This document shows positions 13,001 to 30,658 of a stretch of DNA of 64,000 nucleotides, in pieces. Position numbers and translations under genes: made by a program. Below the pieces are notes generated by a model. It did not search any database. It saw only the letters and a list, made by a program, of their open reading frames with translations, and was not told the DNA's origin. Source of the stretch: Paraspadella gotoi (Eukaryota; Animalia; Chaetognatha); NCBI GenBank assembly GCA_051294375.1, contig CM119271.1:13826372-13890371 (forward strand), read 5' to 3'. Positions within the stretch are counted from its first letter, which is position 1. Each line of letters opens with the position of its first letter.

Positions 13001-15155
13001 TTGGTTTCTTATTACTTATAAATTGATGACCAATATCTAACCATCTCGTATTTTAAAATGGCAGAATCGCTTGGAGTCGAATTTGCTTGCGATAAATGCG
13101 ACGCGACTTTCGACCGAAAGGAGAGACTCGATCGACATCTTAAAACGCACGAACCGGATCGACCGTTTCAGTGCATTCTTTGTCCCTTTTCCTGCAAGGT
13201 AATGTTAATAAATTATAACTTATTGATTAGACTGTCTCTTATGTCATTTTGTTTTCCAGGAAAAGGCGAATTTGAAAAATCACCTCAAGCGTCACACTTC
13301 CGAGCGAGACTTCGTTTGTCGACTCTGTGGCGCCGGGTTTCAGACGAAGAAGACGCTCGAGGTACAGCGCCTTAGAAAGGTGTTAAATTTCACCTGTTAA
13401 TGATAATAATAATCACAAATGTTCCCTATTTTTAGGATCACAACACATACGTTCACTCGGATCAAAGAGATTTTACCTGCGAGGATTGTCCCCGTGCCTT
13501 TAAATCGAGCAAGGATCTGCAAAGACACGCGTGAGATTGCAATGATAATAATGAAAATGACTAATAAATGACAACTTCTTTAAATCCCGGCAGTCGTTCC
13601 GTTCACGCCAACCTCCGACCCCACATCTGCAAAGTCTGCGACAAAGCCTTCAAGCGCAAAGCCAACGTGCGTCGCCACTTATTGACTTCGCACGGAATTT
13701 CTTTACCGACGACCAGAGTGAAAAAATTCGATCGTGAGGTAAATCGATTGGTTTGGTTCGTCCCTTTGCTCAAAATTTATGGCCCAATAAAGAAATTTGA
13801 CTCGTCTCTCTAGAACGAATCCTCTGTCGGAAACTCCTCCACTTCGACCGTCGATCCGGGCGCCGTCGCCGAGAACCTTTTGGAGACTGGGCGACGAGTC
13901 TCAAAAGAAAAATTTCTACGTTCCACGCCGTCGTCGAAGCCGACGCCAAGGACGTCGACGATTGTCGCCGTGGAATCGTCGGCAGAATCTTCTTTCAACG
14001 CATCTCGAGACTCTGTTCTTCGTCGGACGCTGATTGCCGAATCGTCGGCGATTCAGGCGCCACAAAAGGCGCCGGTTTCGATGTCATCCGGTCACGTGGA
14101 CTCGTTAGTATCGGCGGCGCTACCTCCCGTTGCAAGGATGGTTCCGCCATCGACGAGGAAAATCGATTTAGCCACTTATCAACGTCAACCAGCGACTCAT
14201 AGGTCGGCATCGAAGTCAGCGCCGCAATTAGGCGCCGCGGACCCCATGACGGAAATAATAGTGACTGTAGATCCGAACGGCGCCATCATGGGCGTTGACG
14301 CCGGAAGTGAGGCCGAGTCGACGTTGCTTAGACTCGACGGTAATTATCTGATTGCGTTGGTGTTCGTTTCAAGTTAAGGTCTTCAGAGTAATAAGCCCGA
14401 CTTATGCTCAAATTAACTGTTATTTTTGCAGAATAGATATGAAATTAGTACAACCAATCAAATAAATTATCCATTCATTTAATAAGTAAGCAATCATGCC
14501 CCTAACATTGGACAGGCTTTGGTGGTTTAAAGCCTCCATCACTTACAAGATAATGACATAGAAAATCTCTGCAAGCTTTACAAATTTACCTCAACACCAT
14601 TTTTTTCCACCATTAGGACCCAACGGAGAGACGACGCTCATTCCTCTCCAACCTGAAAACTCGAGTCTTCGTTACACAGTCGAGACCGGTCAATCTCTCC
14701 ACGCCAATGTTTCCGCCCCATTAGCCACTGCTTCTCCATCGGTTGCCAATGGATTCCCAGTTTCTGAGGAATTTCGAGTTGACTATGCGGCGCCTTTAAG
14801 TCAATCCTCGGTTATTGATTCTCCTTCTGCTCCGACCGCTCGCGGTTCCCACGACTTCGTCGTTTGTCCTCGATTCTCCGATAATGCTTCGGGCGTCGCG
14901 CTCGACGCCGCCACGGAACTCTGCGTCATCGGCGACGCCTCTAGTTCTAAATCGTCGCTTCACTTCCGGTCCGGCGCCGACAACGCCGTCATGGCGCCGT
15001 CGAATGGCGATACAAACGCCGAGACGATCGTGTTGGCGGCGATGGACGACGGCGCCGGCGTCTTTGTCGAGGGAGGAAACGGCGTCGCGGATTTAAACGG
15101 CGCGCAAGAGATTTATTACGTCATTCAGTCGCAAGACGTCACTCATTTTATGTGA
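10031..15155 (+). CDS. Large multi-C2H2 zinc-finger transcription factor (acidic N-terminus, more than 10 fingers, low-complexity tail)
   Basis: Many C2H2 fingers over small exons (CPICG..HLLNH, CDKCDATFDRKERLDRHLKTHEPDRPFQC, CKVCDKAFKRKANVRRHLLTSH); ends IYYVIQSQDVTHFM*. Confidence 0.85.
14438..14540. repeat. Interspersed repeat; further copies at ~54074-54164 and, split, at ~41670-41705 plus 42213-42275
   Basis: Reverse complement of TTAAACCACCATAGCCTGTCCAAAGTCAGGGGCAAGATAGCTTATTTATTAAATGAATGGATAATTT (54074 onward). Confidence 0.75.
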
Positions 15156-15426
15156 TTTTTTTTTTTAATTCTATATTTCGCGCAAGAATCTGGGCATTGA
15201 ATATGTTCGTCTCATGTTGTTTTTTTTTTCGTTCTTTTATACGAGGAACGTGAATTGGCATTTGAAATCTTATACTTTTTTCTTTAGTTAAAAACTCATC
15301 AAACTCGAAAAGAAACCCACTATGTCTATGACGTGGAAAAAGTGAAAAAAAAGAGACGAGTGTGAAAAGGAATTTGTGAGAAAGAAAAACGTTTTGATTC
15401 GCTGCTTTGAGAGATCGAGCGACGCG

Positions 15427-16575
15427 ATGCCGCGAATCCTCTTCATTCCCGCCATTTTCTTGGCTTCGACTCTCGGTCTTTACTTTTTGGCGACTTCGCT
15501 TCCGGAGATGAAAGAGACGCCCAAAGTGGAAGAGGTCGACGCCGACGTCATCATAACTGGTGAGAGAAAAAAAGAAACGTGAAATAAAGAGAATCAAAAG
15601 AAACGGAATGAGAAACAAAACTAAAAAAATGCAATACCCATTACCCAACAACTGCATTATCCTCTCCAGATCCCGACGCAGACTCCCAGCACCCCATCTC
15701 CAGCCGCCTTCACTTCCCCACAAACCTGGACGAACTTCGCTCACTGGCCAAGTCGCTTCGCCGCTACCACGACCATAATCATCTCCGCGTTTTCATCATC
15801 TTCTCCGCCGCCTTCGTCTACAAGCAGACCTTCTCCATTCCCGGGTCGGCCTTGCTCAACATGCTGGCCGGAGCCGTTTTCGGCACGGTCATGGGTTTTC
15901 CACTAGTCTGCGTATTAACTGGTGATTTAAGATGATCCTGGCGACTCTTTAAGCATTGTTCATTTTACTAATTCTTTCCCCAGCCTTCGGCGCCACCATG
16001 GCCTACCTCATGACTCGCGCCTTTGCCGCATCCATCGTCGAGTCTTATTTCCCCGACCGCTTGGCGGCGCTGCGTCATCGCGTCGCCGAGGAACGTAAGG
16101 CCGGAAGCCTCTTCCTCTTCCTGCTCTTCGCGCGCCTATTTCCTGTCACGCCCAATTGGATGCTCAACATTGCTTCGCCGCTGGCAGGTCACTTATTGTT
16201 TCCGAGAGATCCTTTCCAAGGTCGCGGTGTTATTAAAACAGCGTCATTTAAAGAGCGTTATTTAAACAGCGTGAGGTAAACAGCGTTATTCAAACAGCGT
16301 TAGTTAAACAGCATAAGTAAAACAACTTTATATAAACAGCGTTTAAATGGACATCTCTTTTCTTAGGCGTCACTCTTGCATACTTCATCCCCACCATCGG
16401 ACTTGGCCTCGTTCCTTACAACTTCATCTGCGTCTCCACGGGTTCGATCCTCAGCGAAATCCGTTCCGTCGAGGACGTCTTCACGTGGGAAGTCATAATG
16501 CGGCTCTGCGGCGTCTCCTCTGTTGCGCTGGCGTTGGCGCTGTTTCGACGCCGCCGGAAGAAGCCCGACTTATGA
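15427..16575 (+). CDS. TMEM41A: TMEM41A (VTT/DedA-family membrane protein), 4 exons
   Basis: LHFPTNLDELRSL, YKQTFSIPGSALLNMLAGAVFG, LFLFLLFARLFPVTPNWMLNIASP, GLVPYNFICV motifs. Confidence 0.9.
16230..16345. repeat. Degenerate ~13-bp intronic tandem repeat (TAAACAGCGTTAT)
   Basis: Repeated AAACAGCG units in TMEM41A intron 3. Confidence 0.7.
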
Positions 16576-17308
16576 TGCGTGAGCGTGACCGACTCGGGGG
16601 AGGGGAACCGATTTGTTTTTGGCTTTATATCTGTGATTCTCGTTTTGTTTTTCCTGTTGTTAAACTTTAATCCCTTTTCGATCTCAAAAGTTTGGTCGCC
16701 TTCGGTAACGTGTATGTTTTTGATTGGCGTCGATTTAAAAAAACGTGCCTCTCTTTTGTCAATTAATTTTTTTTTTTTTCGCCCGTTTTTTCGATCAAAT
16801 TCTTACCTCAAAATACGATTACTCTCGTATTATGCCATAACTAGTGTAATATGAATGGAAATCCCCAGCTGATTAGGAACATAAGGTATGGTCGCATAGC
16901 AGAAAACAGATTTAAAAAAAAACAGAGATTGCGTTCTTGTTTGCTAAATCATAAATATTCCTATACTTACATTCCTAAGAAAAAGAAAAGATGGTTCCCT
17001 TCATTTTATCTTTTCCTCATTGGCCGATTTTCTGTGATACGTCGTCATTTTCTTTATTTTTTTCTCAGCGATTGAATCATTTTCGAGTTTTACAATTTTT
17101 AAGAAGAATTAAAAAAATTGTAAAGATGTCGGGAAACAATTTATTCGATGCCGATAAAAATTGGGAAACGAACGGATAAAGTTTTGACAACCGAAAAAAA
17201 AACAAAAAACTCGATGAAAATCCACAGGGATTTTTAACCATATTTCTTTATAACGAAATAAAAAAACCCCAAATCGTCAAAATTGACGAGGACGACGACG
17301 GATCGAAG

Positions 17309-19380
17309 ATGTGGACGCAGATGGGTCAGCTGTTCTGGGGCGCCCGATTTCCCGGTCATCATCAGGCTCAGATGCAATCGGGATCGGGCGACCCCAAATG
17401 CTTCAACCCTTTCGGCAAGATGGACATGAGCGACCCCGCCTCCCACCTCGGTCACCCCATCATGAACAAACCGGGGCCTTCCATTCCCGGGGCCACGGGC
17501 ATGATGACCCCCAAAACCGAGGCCCCTCGCAGCGCCCACAGCGGACACGGAGGCGGGCACGGCAGCGGGCACGGAGGTGGTCACAGCGGACATCACGGAG
17601 GTCACCACGGCGGCCACCACAACAACCAAAGTCACGGCGGGAGTCATCATCACAACGAGCACGGCATGAACAACGGTCCCTCACCTCCTTCCTCTTCTTC
17701 TTCGAAACATCACAAAAGCGGAGGCGGCGGCGGAGGTGGAGGCGGCGGCGACATGGGAGGCAACCAGAGTCCCAATTACGGCCACCACAACCACTCTCAT
17801 CAGGGCGGTGGCAGCGGGGGTGGAGGTGGCAATTCCTCTTCGTCCCCTTCTCATCACCATTCCAACTCCTACCTACCCACGGCCAATAGCCCTCCCTCGC
17901 TTCACAACAACATGTCCCAACAACACGGTCCTCCCCCGCCGCCTCCTCCTCCTCATCCTCCTCAAGGGGCCACGCCTCCCACCTCCTCCTCCTCATCGGC
18001 CAACCAACCGCCGAAACCCGGTCAGGAAAGACTAAAAAAGTGCAAGGCCATTTTCGGTCAGGGACAGAAGGAACTCTGGTGCAACAAGTGTCGCTGGAAG
18101 AAAAAGTGCATCAGGTTGGGATCCCCGTCGACGCCGCACGGAGCGTCCAGTTATCGAAAGAGGCCGAAACGGTGCAAGGCCGTCTTTGGTCAGGGACAGA
18201 AGGAACTTTGGTGCAACAAGTGTCGTTGCAAGAAAAAGTGCATCAGGTTAAAATAGATTTTTTTGTTTGTATCCAAAAAAAAAAGTTTTTTAGTGTGTAA
18301 TAACGAATTTTTCTTTATTGACATAGAAAGTCGGACATGTTTCGACTCTGTCTTGAGAGTCTTCATCATCATTTAAATAATTGACAATTTTTTTCTTTAA
18401 TGCTAGTTTTTAGAGAGAGAGAAAGAGAGAGAGAGAAAGAGAGAGAGAGATTCCAACAAAAAATTGAGAAAGGACAGTGGTCAGTAAGGCGTAGTAAAAT
18501 TCCTAAGTTTAACTTTAATTAAAATTCTAAAAGTGAGGAACGAACAACATTATACTTATGAACATTTATGTATAAAAAAAATTTATAATAAATTTTACAA
18601 TTTACGCAGTAGGCCATATTTATACTAGTACTAAACCAATAAATGTTAAAATTTCAAAACAGTTTTTTCTAAGATTTTTTTGCAGATTTGGATTTGTCAT
18701 AAAAAGTTGATAAAAAGAAATATAACTCTTTTTGAAAAATTTCTTCATTAAGTGGGTCAAAAATTAGAAAAAGCTATATTTTAAGCTGAAAATTAACTTT
18801 TTATATATTAAATATAGTTTTTTAAATTTTTAACCCACTTAATGAAAGAATTTTTAAAAATGAATTATATTTTCTTTTATCAACTTTTGACGAGGAATTC
18901 AAATCTGCAATAAAAATTAAAAAAAGCCTATTTTGAAATTTTTCGATTTTATAAGGATAGTACTATATATAAATATAGCCTACTGCGAAAATTAAAAAAC
19001 ATAAAATTAATTTTTTTATAAAATTAATGTTCACTGATGGTATGTTGTTCATAATTGACTTTTAGAATTTTCGTATGTAGCTTTCACTACGCCTTAGTGG
19101 TCAGTTAATAGTTAACTAAGTTATTAATTTCTTTGTTACTATTAGATTAACATTGTTTGTCCATTTTAACTCTGTTATACATTGCTAAATGTAACTATTT
19201 TCTCTGCCTCTGTTTCTCTCTCTCTTCTTTCCCTCCAATTGTTTTCACCTTTCAATTTCAACCAATTTTATCTTCTTCCTTGCCCTTACCTTCACCTGTC
19301 CTCACATCTGACCAGTGACCACTGTCCTTTCTCAAATTTTTGTTGGAATCTCCCTCTTTCCCTCTCTCTCTCTCTATTTT

Positions 19381-19411
<31 letters not shown>

Positions 19412-20926
19412 TTCTCTCTCTCTCTAAAAACTAACATTAATGAGAAAAATTGTTGATTATTTAAATGCTGATGAAGACTCTCAAGACAGTCGAAACATGT
19501 CCGACTTTCTATGTCAATAAAGAAAAATTCGTTGTTACACACTAAAAAACTGTTTTTTCCTTAAATCTAATTAATATTATTAATTTTTATTAATTTATAC
19601 TTCCCAGATTCCCGGAGACGGATCCGAAGGACGATTCCGTCGTGACCAAAAAACCCAAATCTAAGAAGAAGATTCCCGATCCGCCGACGCAGGTCCCGCC
19701 TCAGCATTACCGATACCAAAACCCACCGCCGGATATCCCGCCGATGACGCAACAGCAGCAGCAGCCTTGGTTAGAATTTTCATTAATTTTTTTACAGACA
19801 TCGAATTTTTGACGTGTTTCTTTAAAATGCATGAACTGAATTAATCTTGTAGAAGAATGAAAAGGCTTATATTATTTCTGTATTAGGTACATGTCGCCGG
19901 ATTTGCTGCAGCAGCATCAACAACAACAGCAACAGCACCGTTACCGGAACTCGATGTCGTCCGGCGAACATTCTCCCCCTTCATCTTCCTCTTCCTCCTC
20001 CGCTCCCCCGATCAACCCGCAGTACCATCGCTACTCGTCGCCGGGAAGTAAGTTACTTAGGCCTTAGGTTGTCATTTACGACCGCCTTTAAGTTACTTAG
20101 CCTTGGGTTGTCATTGACGACCAACTTTAAGTTACTTAGCCTTAGGTTGTCATTTACGACCAACTTTAAGTTACTTAGCCTTAGGTTGTCATTTAGGACC
20201 GACTTTAAGTTACTTAGCCTTAGGTTGTCATTTACGACCGACTTTAACTCATCATCTTCGATTGACATTTCCTTTTTCATAGGCCATCACATGCCGCCTT
20301 CTCCGGGCAGCGTTCCCCCGCAATTCCTGGGCCAAATGCCCCCGGGATTCGGTAGTCTCGAAGCGACGAAGGTGGGCAAGTCGCCCGTCAATCACCTCAA
20401 GCCGTCGACGTCGTCCTCTTCGTCGTCCTCGCTGCATAAGGACTCGATGCAGGGACAAAAATCCCCGCCCTTCAACCCCGAAGCTCTTTTCGACGCCAAC
20501 GCGGCGGCGCTGGCGCCTCCGCCGCCGCCGCCGGGCGCCGCCTCGGCCACTCGAAAGTGCAGGGCTCTCTACGGTTTCGAGATGAAGAACAAGTGGTGCA
20601 AACCGTGCCGGAACAAGAAGCGATGCATACAGTCAGTATCGCTAGTGGGAAATAGTTTACGTTTAGAGTTGAATGAATTAAATTTGAACAATATTTAAAT
20701 TTTAATCAGCTTCAAAACGGAAGAAAAGCCGCCGCCGCCCTTCAACCCGGAATCTCTCTTCGAGGAAGGAATTGGGAGTGCGCCGGATGGTTTACCGCCG
20801 CCGCCTCCTCCGCCCCCTGGCGCCGCTTCCGCCAGCAGGAAATGCCGGGCGCTCTACGGATTCGAGCAGAAGAGCAAGTGGTGCAAGCGCTGCCGGAACA
20901 AGAAGCGATGCATTCAGTTTATTTGA
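17309..20926 (+). CDS. Protein with four C-clamp (TCF CRARF-type Cys4 zinc) domains and His/Gly/Pro/Gln-rich linkers; exons 17309-18246, 19608-19769, 19887-20047, 20283-20631, 20710-20926 (~608 aa)
   Basis: KKCKAIFGQGQKELWCNKCRWKKKCIR, KRCKAVFGQGQKELWCNKCRCKKKCIR, RKCRALYGFEMKNKWCKPCRNKKRCIH and RKCRALYGFEQKSKWCKRCRNKKRCIQF match the C-clamp consensus KKCRARFG-x5-WCxxCRRKKKC; all junctions are GT-AG and phase-compatible (1827 nt). Confidence 0.8.
18485..19096. mobile_element. Foldback MITE with long imperfect TIRs and a target-site duplication
   Basis: Ends TAAGGCGTAGT...ACTACGCCTTA; flanked by direct repeat GTGGTCAG (8 bp, or AGTGGTCAGT, 10 bp); internal halves are reverse-complementary; related copy at ~41710-42210. 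Confidence 0.85.
19468..19501 (+). ncRNA. Minimal type-I hammerhead ribozyme-like motif (Penelope-type), possibly degenerate
   Basis: CTGATGA-a-GAC..GTC-GAAAC-ATGT-C; palindromic ACATGT stem III; the antisense copy at 18334-18369 has a perfect 6-bp stem II but CUGA changed to AUGA; stem I is weak. Confidence 0.55.
20047..20246. repeat. 39-bp tandem minisatellite (~5 copies) filling an intron
   Basis: Unit AAGTTACTTAGCCTTAGGTTGTCATTTACGACCGACTTT. Confidence 0.95.
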
Positions 20927-22330
20927 GTAGGGAGGGACTCATTATCTTTCTTGACCCTTTCCGAGCGAGCCATTCTTTTTATTATTATTGAAACAGATCT
21001 CATCGTTGTTGCGAAAGCATATTGTAGACTTCGCTACATTTTTATAGTCGACACGAACTATTCTTGTATCATTTTTTTTTCGCGTGTAAATATTTCCGTC
21101 AGGAATCTTTCGTCGTTTTGAAACAATACTAAGAAGAAAAACTTTGATGTAGGTATTTTTACGGAAATGTAAGAAAAGTTTTTAAAAAATAATATCTCAA
21201 GGATGAAGTTGAAGCAAATGTCTTTTTGTCAAAATGTCCTTTTCGCCCGGGGTAACGAAAAACTGTCACCTCTGCAGTTTCCATTTTCCCACTTTTCTTT
21301 TTACTTTTGAATACGGACGACAAAAGAGGGTGCGCTTTTCTTTCGTCGCTCACCCTCTGACTTTTCTCTGCATAATTAATAGATAGCATATTTATATCGG
21401 CTCATGAAATAGATTTGCTTTCCTAATTTTTACGGATGATTCATTGTTATGTATCGATTTCTCATATTTCTCGAACGAACTACATTTGTAAAAAGAAAAA
21501 AAAACCATCAAATGCGACTTTTTTTTTCCAGTCTTCCCCGAAGTCTGCCCCGTTCCCTTGATCCCCCATTACGTTCTCAAGGCCGGCGTTTGGATGATTA
21601 GACGGACTGTAAAATAGTAATATTCCCGCGTCTTTTCTAATCCCATCATTAGCGTTTTACTATTAGAGGTGATAAAAAAAGAAAATTCCCCAGCAAATGA
21701 TATTTTTTACTCTCCATCAACCGAATACGTATTTTGAAAATCATCACCGCGAATCTCGATTGAATTTGTTGATTTGTAGATACGAGACCACGACGCTCTC
21801 CGCCGTTTTATTACTTCTCCTCTGCAACGTCACCTCTTTATTTTTAGTCGTTTTTTGGTTCGAATAAAATTAGGAACAACTATTTTTTTTAAAGAAATAT
21901 TTTATCTATGATTTCGGAAAAAAAAATTGATTGGCTTGTTAGTTTTTATTTTTTGTTAGCATAATATTTTAAAGTTATTAAATCTAAAGTAAAGTTTCCC
22001 GATGGTTCGTTTTGCAACTTCACTTCTTTGGTCGCAGCTATTTTATCCAGTTTCACCGTCTTTTGTTTTTTGGCCTCTTTTATTGTCAAAAAAAAAATCC
22101 TTTAATCACTTAGATGACAAATAAATTTAAAAAGGAAAAAAAACGATGTCTCGACTCTCGAGTTATTCTCGCTGTGTTGCGCGTTGCGCTTTTGTTTTGA
22201 TGGACATCAAAGACAAGAGACAACCATGTCTCTTAACGGAGCCAACAAACTTAAAATAAAAAATTACACTCTGGATTGAATAAGATTCACTGAGTCTGAA
22301 TTAAAACGAAAAAAAAAAAACTGGTTTAAA

Positions 22331-27144
<4,814 letters not shown>

Positions 27145-27718
27145 CTTGGCTTATCGGGCGCAGCTGCGCGACATTTGAATTTTTCAAGGATTTTTTTTTT
27201 CGGATCGAATGTGTCGAATGAGATTTGTCACAATCAAAACATGACGGAGCTTCACTAAAAAAAAAAAGACAAAGTTGAAACCCCAAATGCGATATAATTT
27301 AACTGAATTAAATATTTTTTGAGAAACTGTCATTGACATTGTAATGTAATGTCTACGTTTACGTCTTCTCCTCGTTCCGAAACGACTTTATCCTCGCATC
27401 CCAACCACTGTGTCTTATTTTTTCATTCGCCATTATTTTTCAAGATTTTATCAATGGTGCCAACCGCACCATAATATATGACCAGCTTTTATTATTTTGT
27501 TCACTTCGTAGACGTAGATTCACTCGCACTCCTGAATCCCCTCCTGAAAAAAAAAAGGGAAACAAAACAACCGAAAAAAAAAAACCATTCCTCATGAATC
27601 GCAGATCTTCCTTCGCTCTCTTTGACCTTTTACCTCAAACGTTTGCTCGTTGGAACAGATTGGAGATAATCCTGTCGTCATGTCGCCATTGGAAACTCTG
27701 ATCAATTTCTGTCTGAAC

Positions 27719-29247
27719 ATGAAGTTGAAGCAGTTGTTCTTTTTTTTCGTCGTCGTCGGCGGCGCCATCTTTCTCTTCGATCGGTGGAAATATTCCGACG
27801 ATTTTTTGACGGAGACTGTAGAAAGCGATGGCGCCGCGTCGTCGAAGGGAAAGGACGGCGCCGGAACCGCAAGAGACAGAGACGCTCCGGCGTCTTCCGG
27901 ATCGCGCGTCGCAGCGCCAATAAATAGTTCGATGTCGATCGAGAGAAATTCCATCGACGACGACGACGAGAAACACTCGGGTCCGATACACGTGGTCATC
28001 ATTTTGAAAAATTCGGAAAACAACGCGAATCTCAAGAAAAAATTTGAAGTCACCGTCTCTTCGATATTAGAACACACCAGGTACAGGAACGAAGAGTTTG
28101 TAATAAAGATTTGAAGATTACTTGAATCACGTCGTTTACCACAGCGCATCTCTCCAATGGCACGTGTTCGGCGACGACCGCAGCCTCCAATTCGCCGGCA
28201 CTACCCTCAAACGCGAGTACTCTTCCCTTACGCACGAGCGACGCCGCATTTTCGAATCGACGGTCAAAGTCTACGACCTCCAACGGGTCGTCGACAAGAT
28301 TCGCTCAACGGTCGAGGTCTTCATGAAGTATTTTACGGGTGAGAAAGCTGAGAAGGTATGGTTATAAAACGTTTTTCTCATTGTTTGTTTAAGGAATTAA
28401 AATGTTTATTTAGGTCGTCAGGTTTATTACAAAGACGAACTGTTCTTTCTCTCGACCGGACTTCATCTCGTCCTCGATCCTTCCATCGACAGAGTCATCA
28501 TGATCGACGCCGACCTCAAATTCAAGTCGGACATCAAACATCTCTACGATCTCTTCCACGAGTAAGTTGAGACTAATTAATAATAGGCTAATTAATGACA
28601 ACCTTTGGGAACTCAAATGATTTTTTTTAAAACCAAACTCTTCTTCCCCTCCCAGCTTTTCCCCCTCCAACTTGATCGGCCTGGCCTACGAGATGCAGCC
28701 GGTATATCGCCATCTCTTTTGGAGTTACCGCGGAAAAAACAAGGGAACTTTGATCGGGGAACCCGCGGGGGAAGGGGGAAACCCCGGCTTCAACAGCGGA
28801 GTGCTGCTGATGCGACTCGACCGACTTAGGGACAGTCAGATCTACGCGCAGCTTTGTCAGGTAGGCATTAACATGGTGGCAGCGGTGAAATTAAATCCCC
28901 TTTAATGAAATTTAATAATTTTCCTTTCTTTTAATAAATAACTAAAAGCTTTCTTTTCCTTGACTTTAATGCGATTCATACTTTTCTTCTCCCAGGAATC
29001 TACGATCTCCTCGTACGTCTTCAAGTACGACTTTACCAACGCCCACCTGGGCGACCAAGACTTCTTCACCCTCGTCTCCTTCGAGCACCCCGAGCTCTAC
29101 TATCGCCTCCCTTGCTCCTGGAACCGGCAGCTGTGTCGATGGTGGGAGGACAAGGGCTACTCCGAAATTTTTTACAAATACTTCGATTGTAACGAGTCTA
29201 AGATTCACGTCTTTCACGGAAATTGCGGCTCCGCAATTCCCGCGTGA
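27719..29247 (+). CDS. XXYLT1: Xyloside xylosyltransferase 1 (GT8)
   Basis: Type II TM N-terminus; IDADLKF DxD motif; GLAYEMQPVYRH; GFNSGVLL; HLGDQDFFT; LPCSWNRQLC; HGNC. Confidence 0.93.
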
Positions 29248-29793
29248 AAGGAGAGGGGTAGAAAAATCAGTTTTTCCAGCTCATGATATTTTTTTTGGAG
29301 CGTTTTCCCAGTTTGTTATTTTTTAGATATTGTTCCGACTCTTCAAACTGTCATTACGTATGAATAAGATGTACCATCTGATTCGGGAATCCCTCGCCGC
29401 AAATTGCTTATGTGTCCACTGTAGGGATTTACGGTTGAGAAATCTCGAAGGATAATTTTAGCTTTTACTTTATCTCATTCCATCCTATCGTTTTCCAAGC
29501 GTTTCCTTCCGGCATAATCTAGTTTTTTTACACCGTGTTTTTGATCTAACAAATTATATTTTTAGAGATCCGTTTTTTTTTTCTTCGCGACTCCAATGAC
29601 ATCCTGTATGCAAAAAAAAAAAAAACATTCATGAAATAGACTCAGATTTGTAAAGGCTCAAGTCTCCGTAGCGACGACCAATTGGTCCCCTGGGCTCCTG
29701 GTTTTAAAACGATTAAGAATTCCATTATTCGCGGTGAATTGCGTCCATCGCTCTCATTCTCCGAATTCCCTCTCACCCGCTCTTCCTCGCGCC

Positions 29794-30658
<865 letters not shown>

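Larger units (their letters stand above)
18281..19557. repeat. Long intronic inverted repeat (arms ~18281-18484 and ~19317-19557) with a (GA)n/(TC)n tract and hammerhead-like motif
   Basis: The arms are clear reverse complements over ~200 bp. Confidence 0.9.

Noticed and set aside
20047-20246. Regular 39-bp repeats and the repetitive ORFs 20069-20698 and 20053-20280 (CRISPR-like or repeat protein)
   Set aside because: No unique spacers; it is a minisatellite bounded by GT (20048) and AG (20282) of an intron
17309-20926. TCF/Pangolin ortholog
   Set aside because: No HMG box or beta-catenin-binding N-terminus seen in any frame between TMEM41A and IRE1
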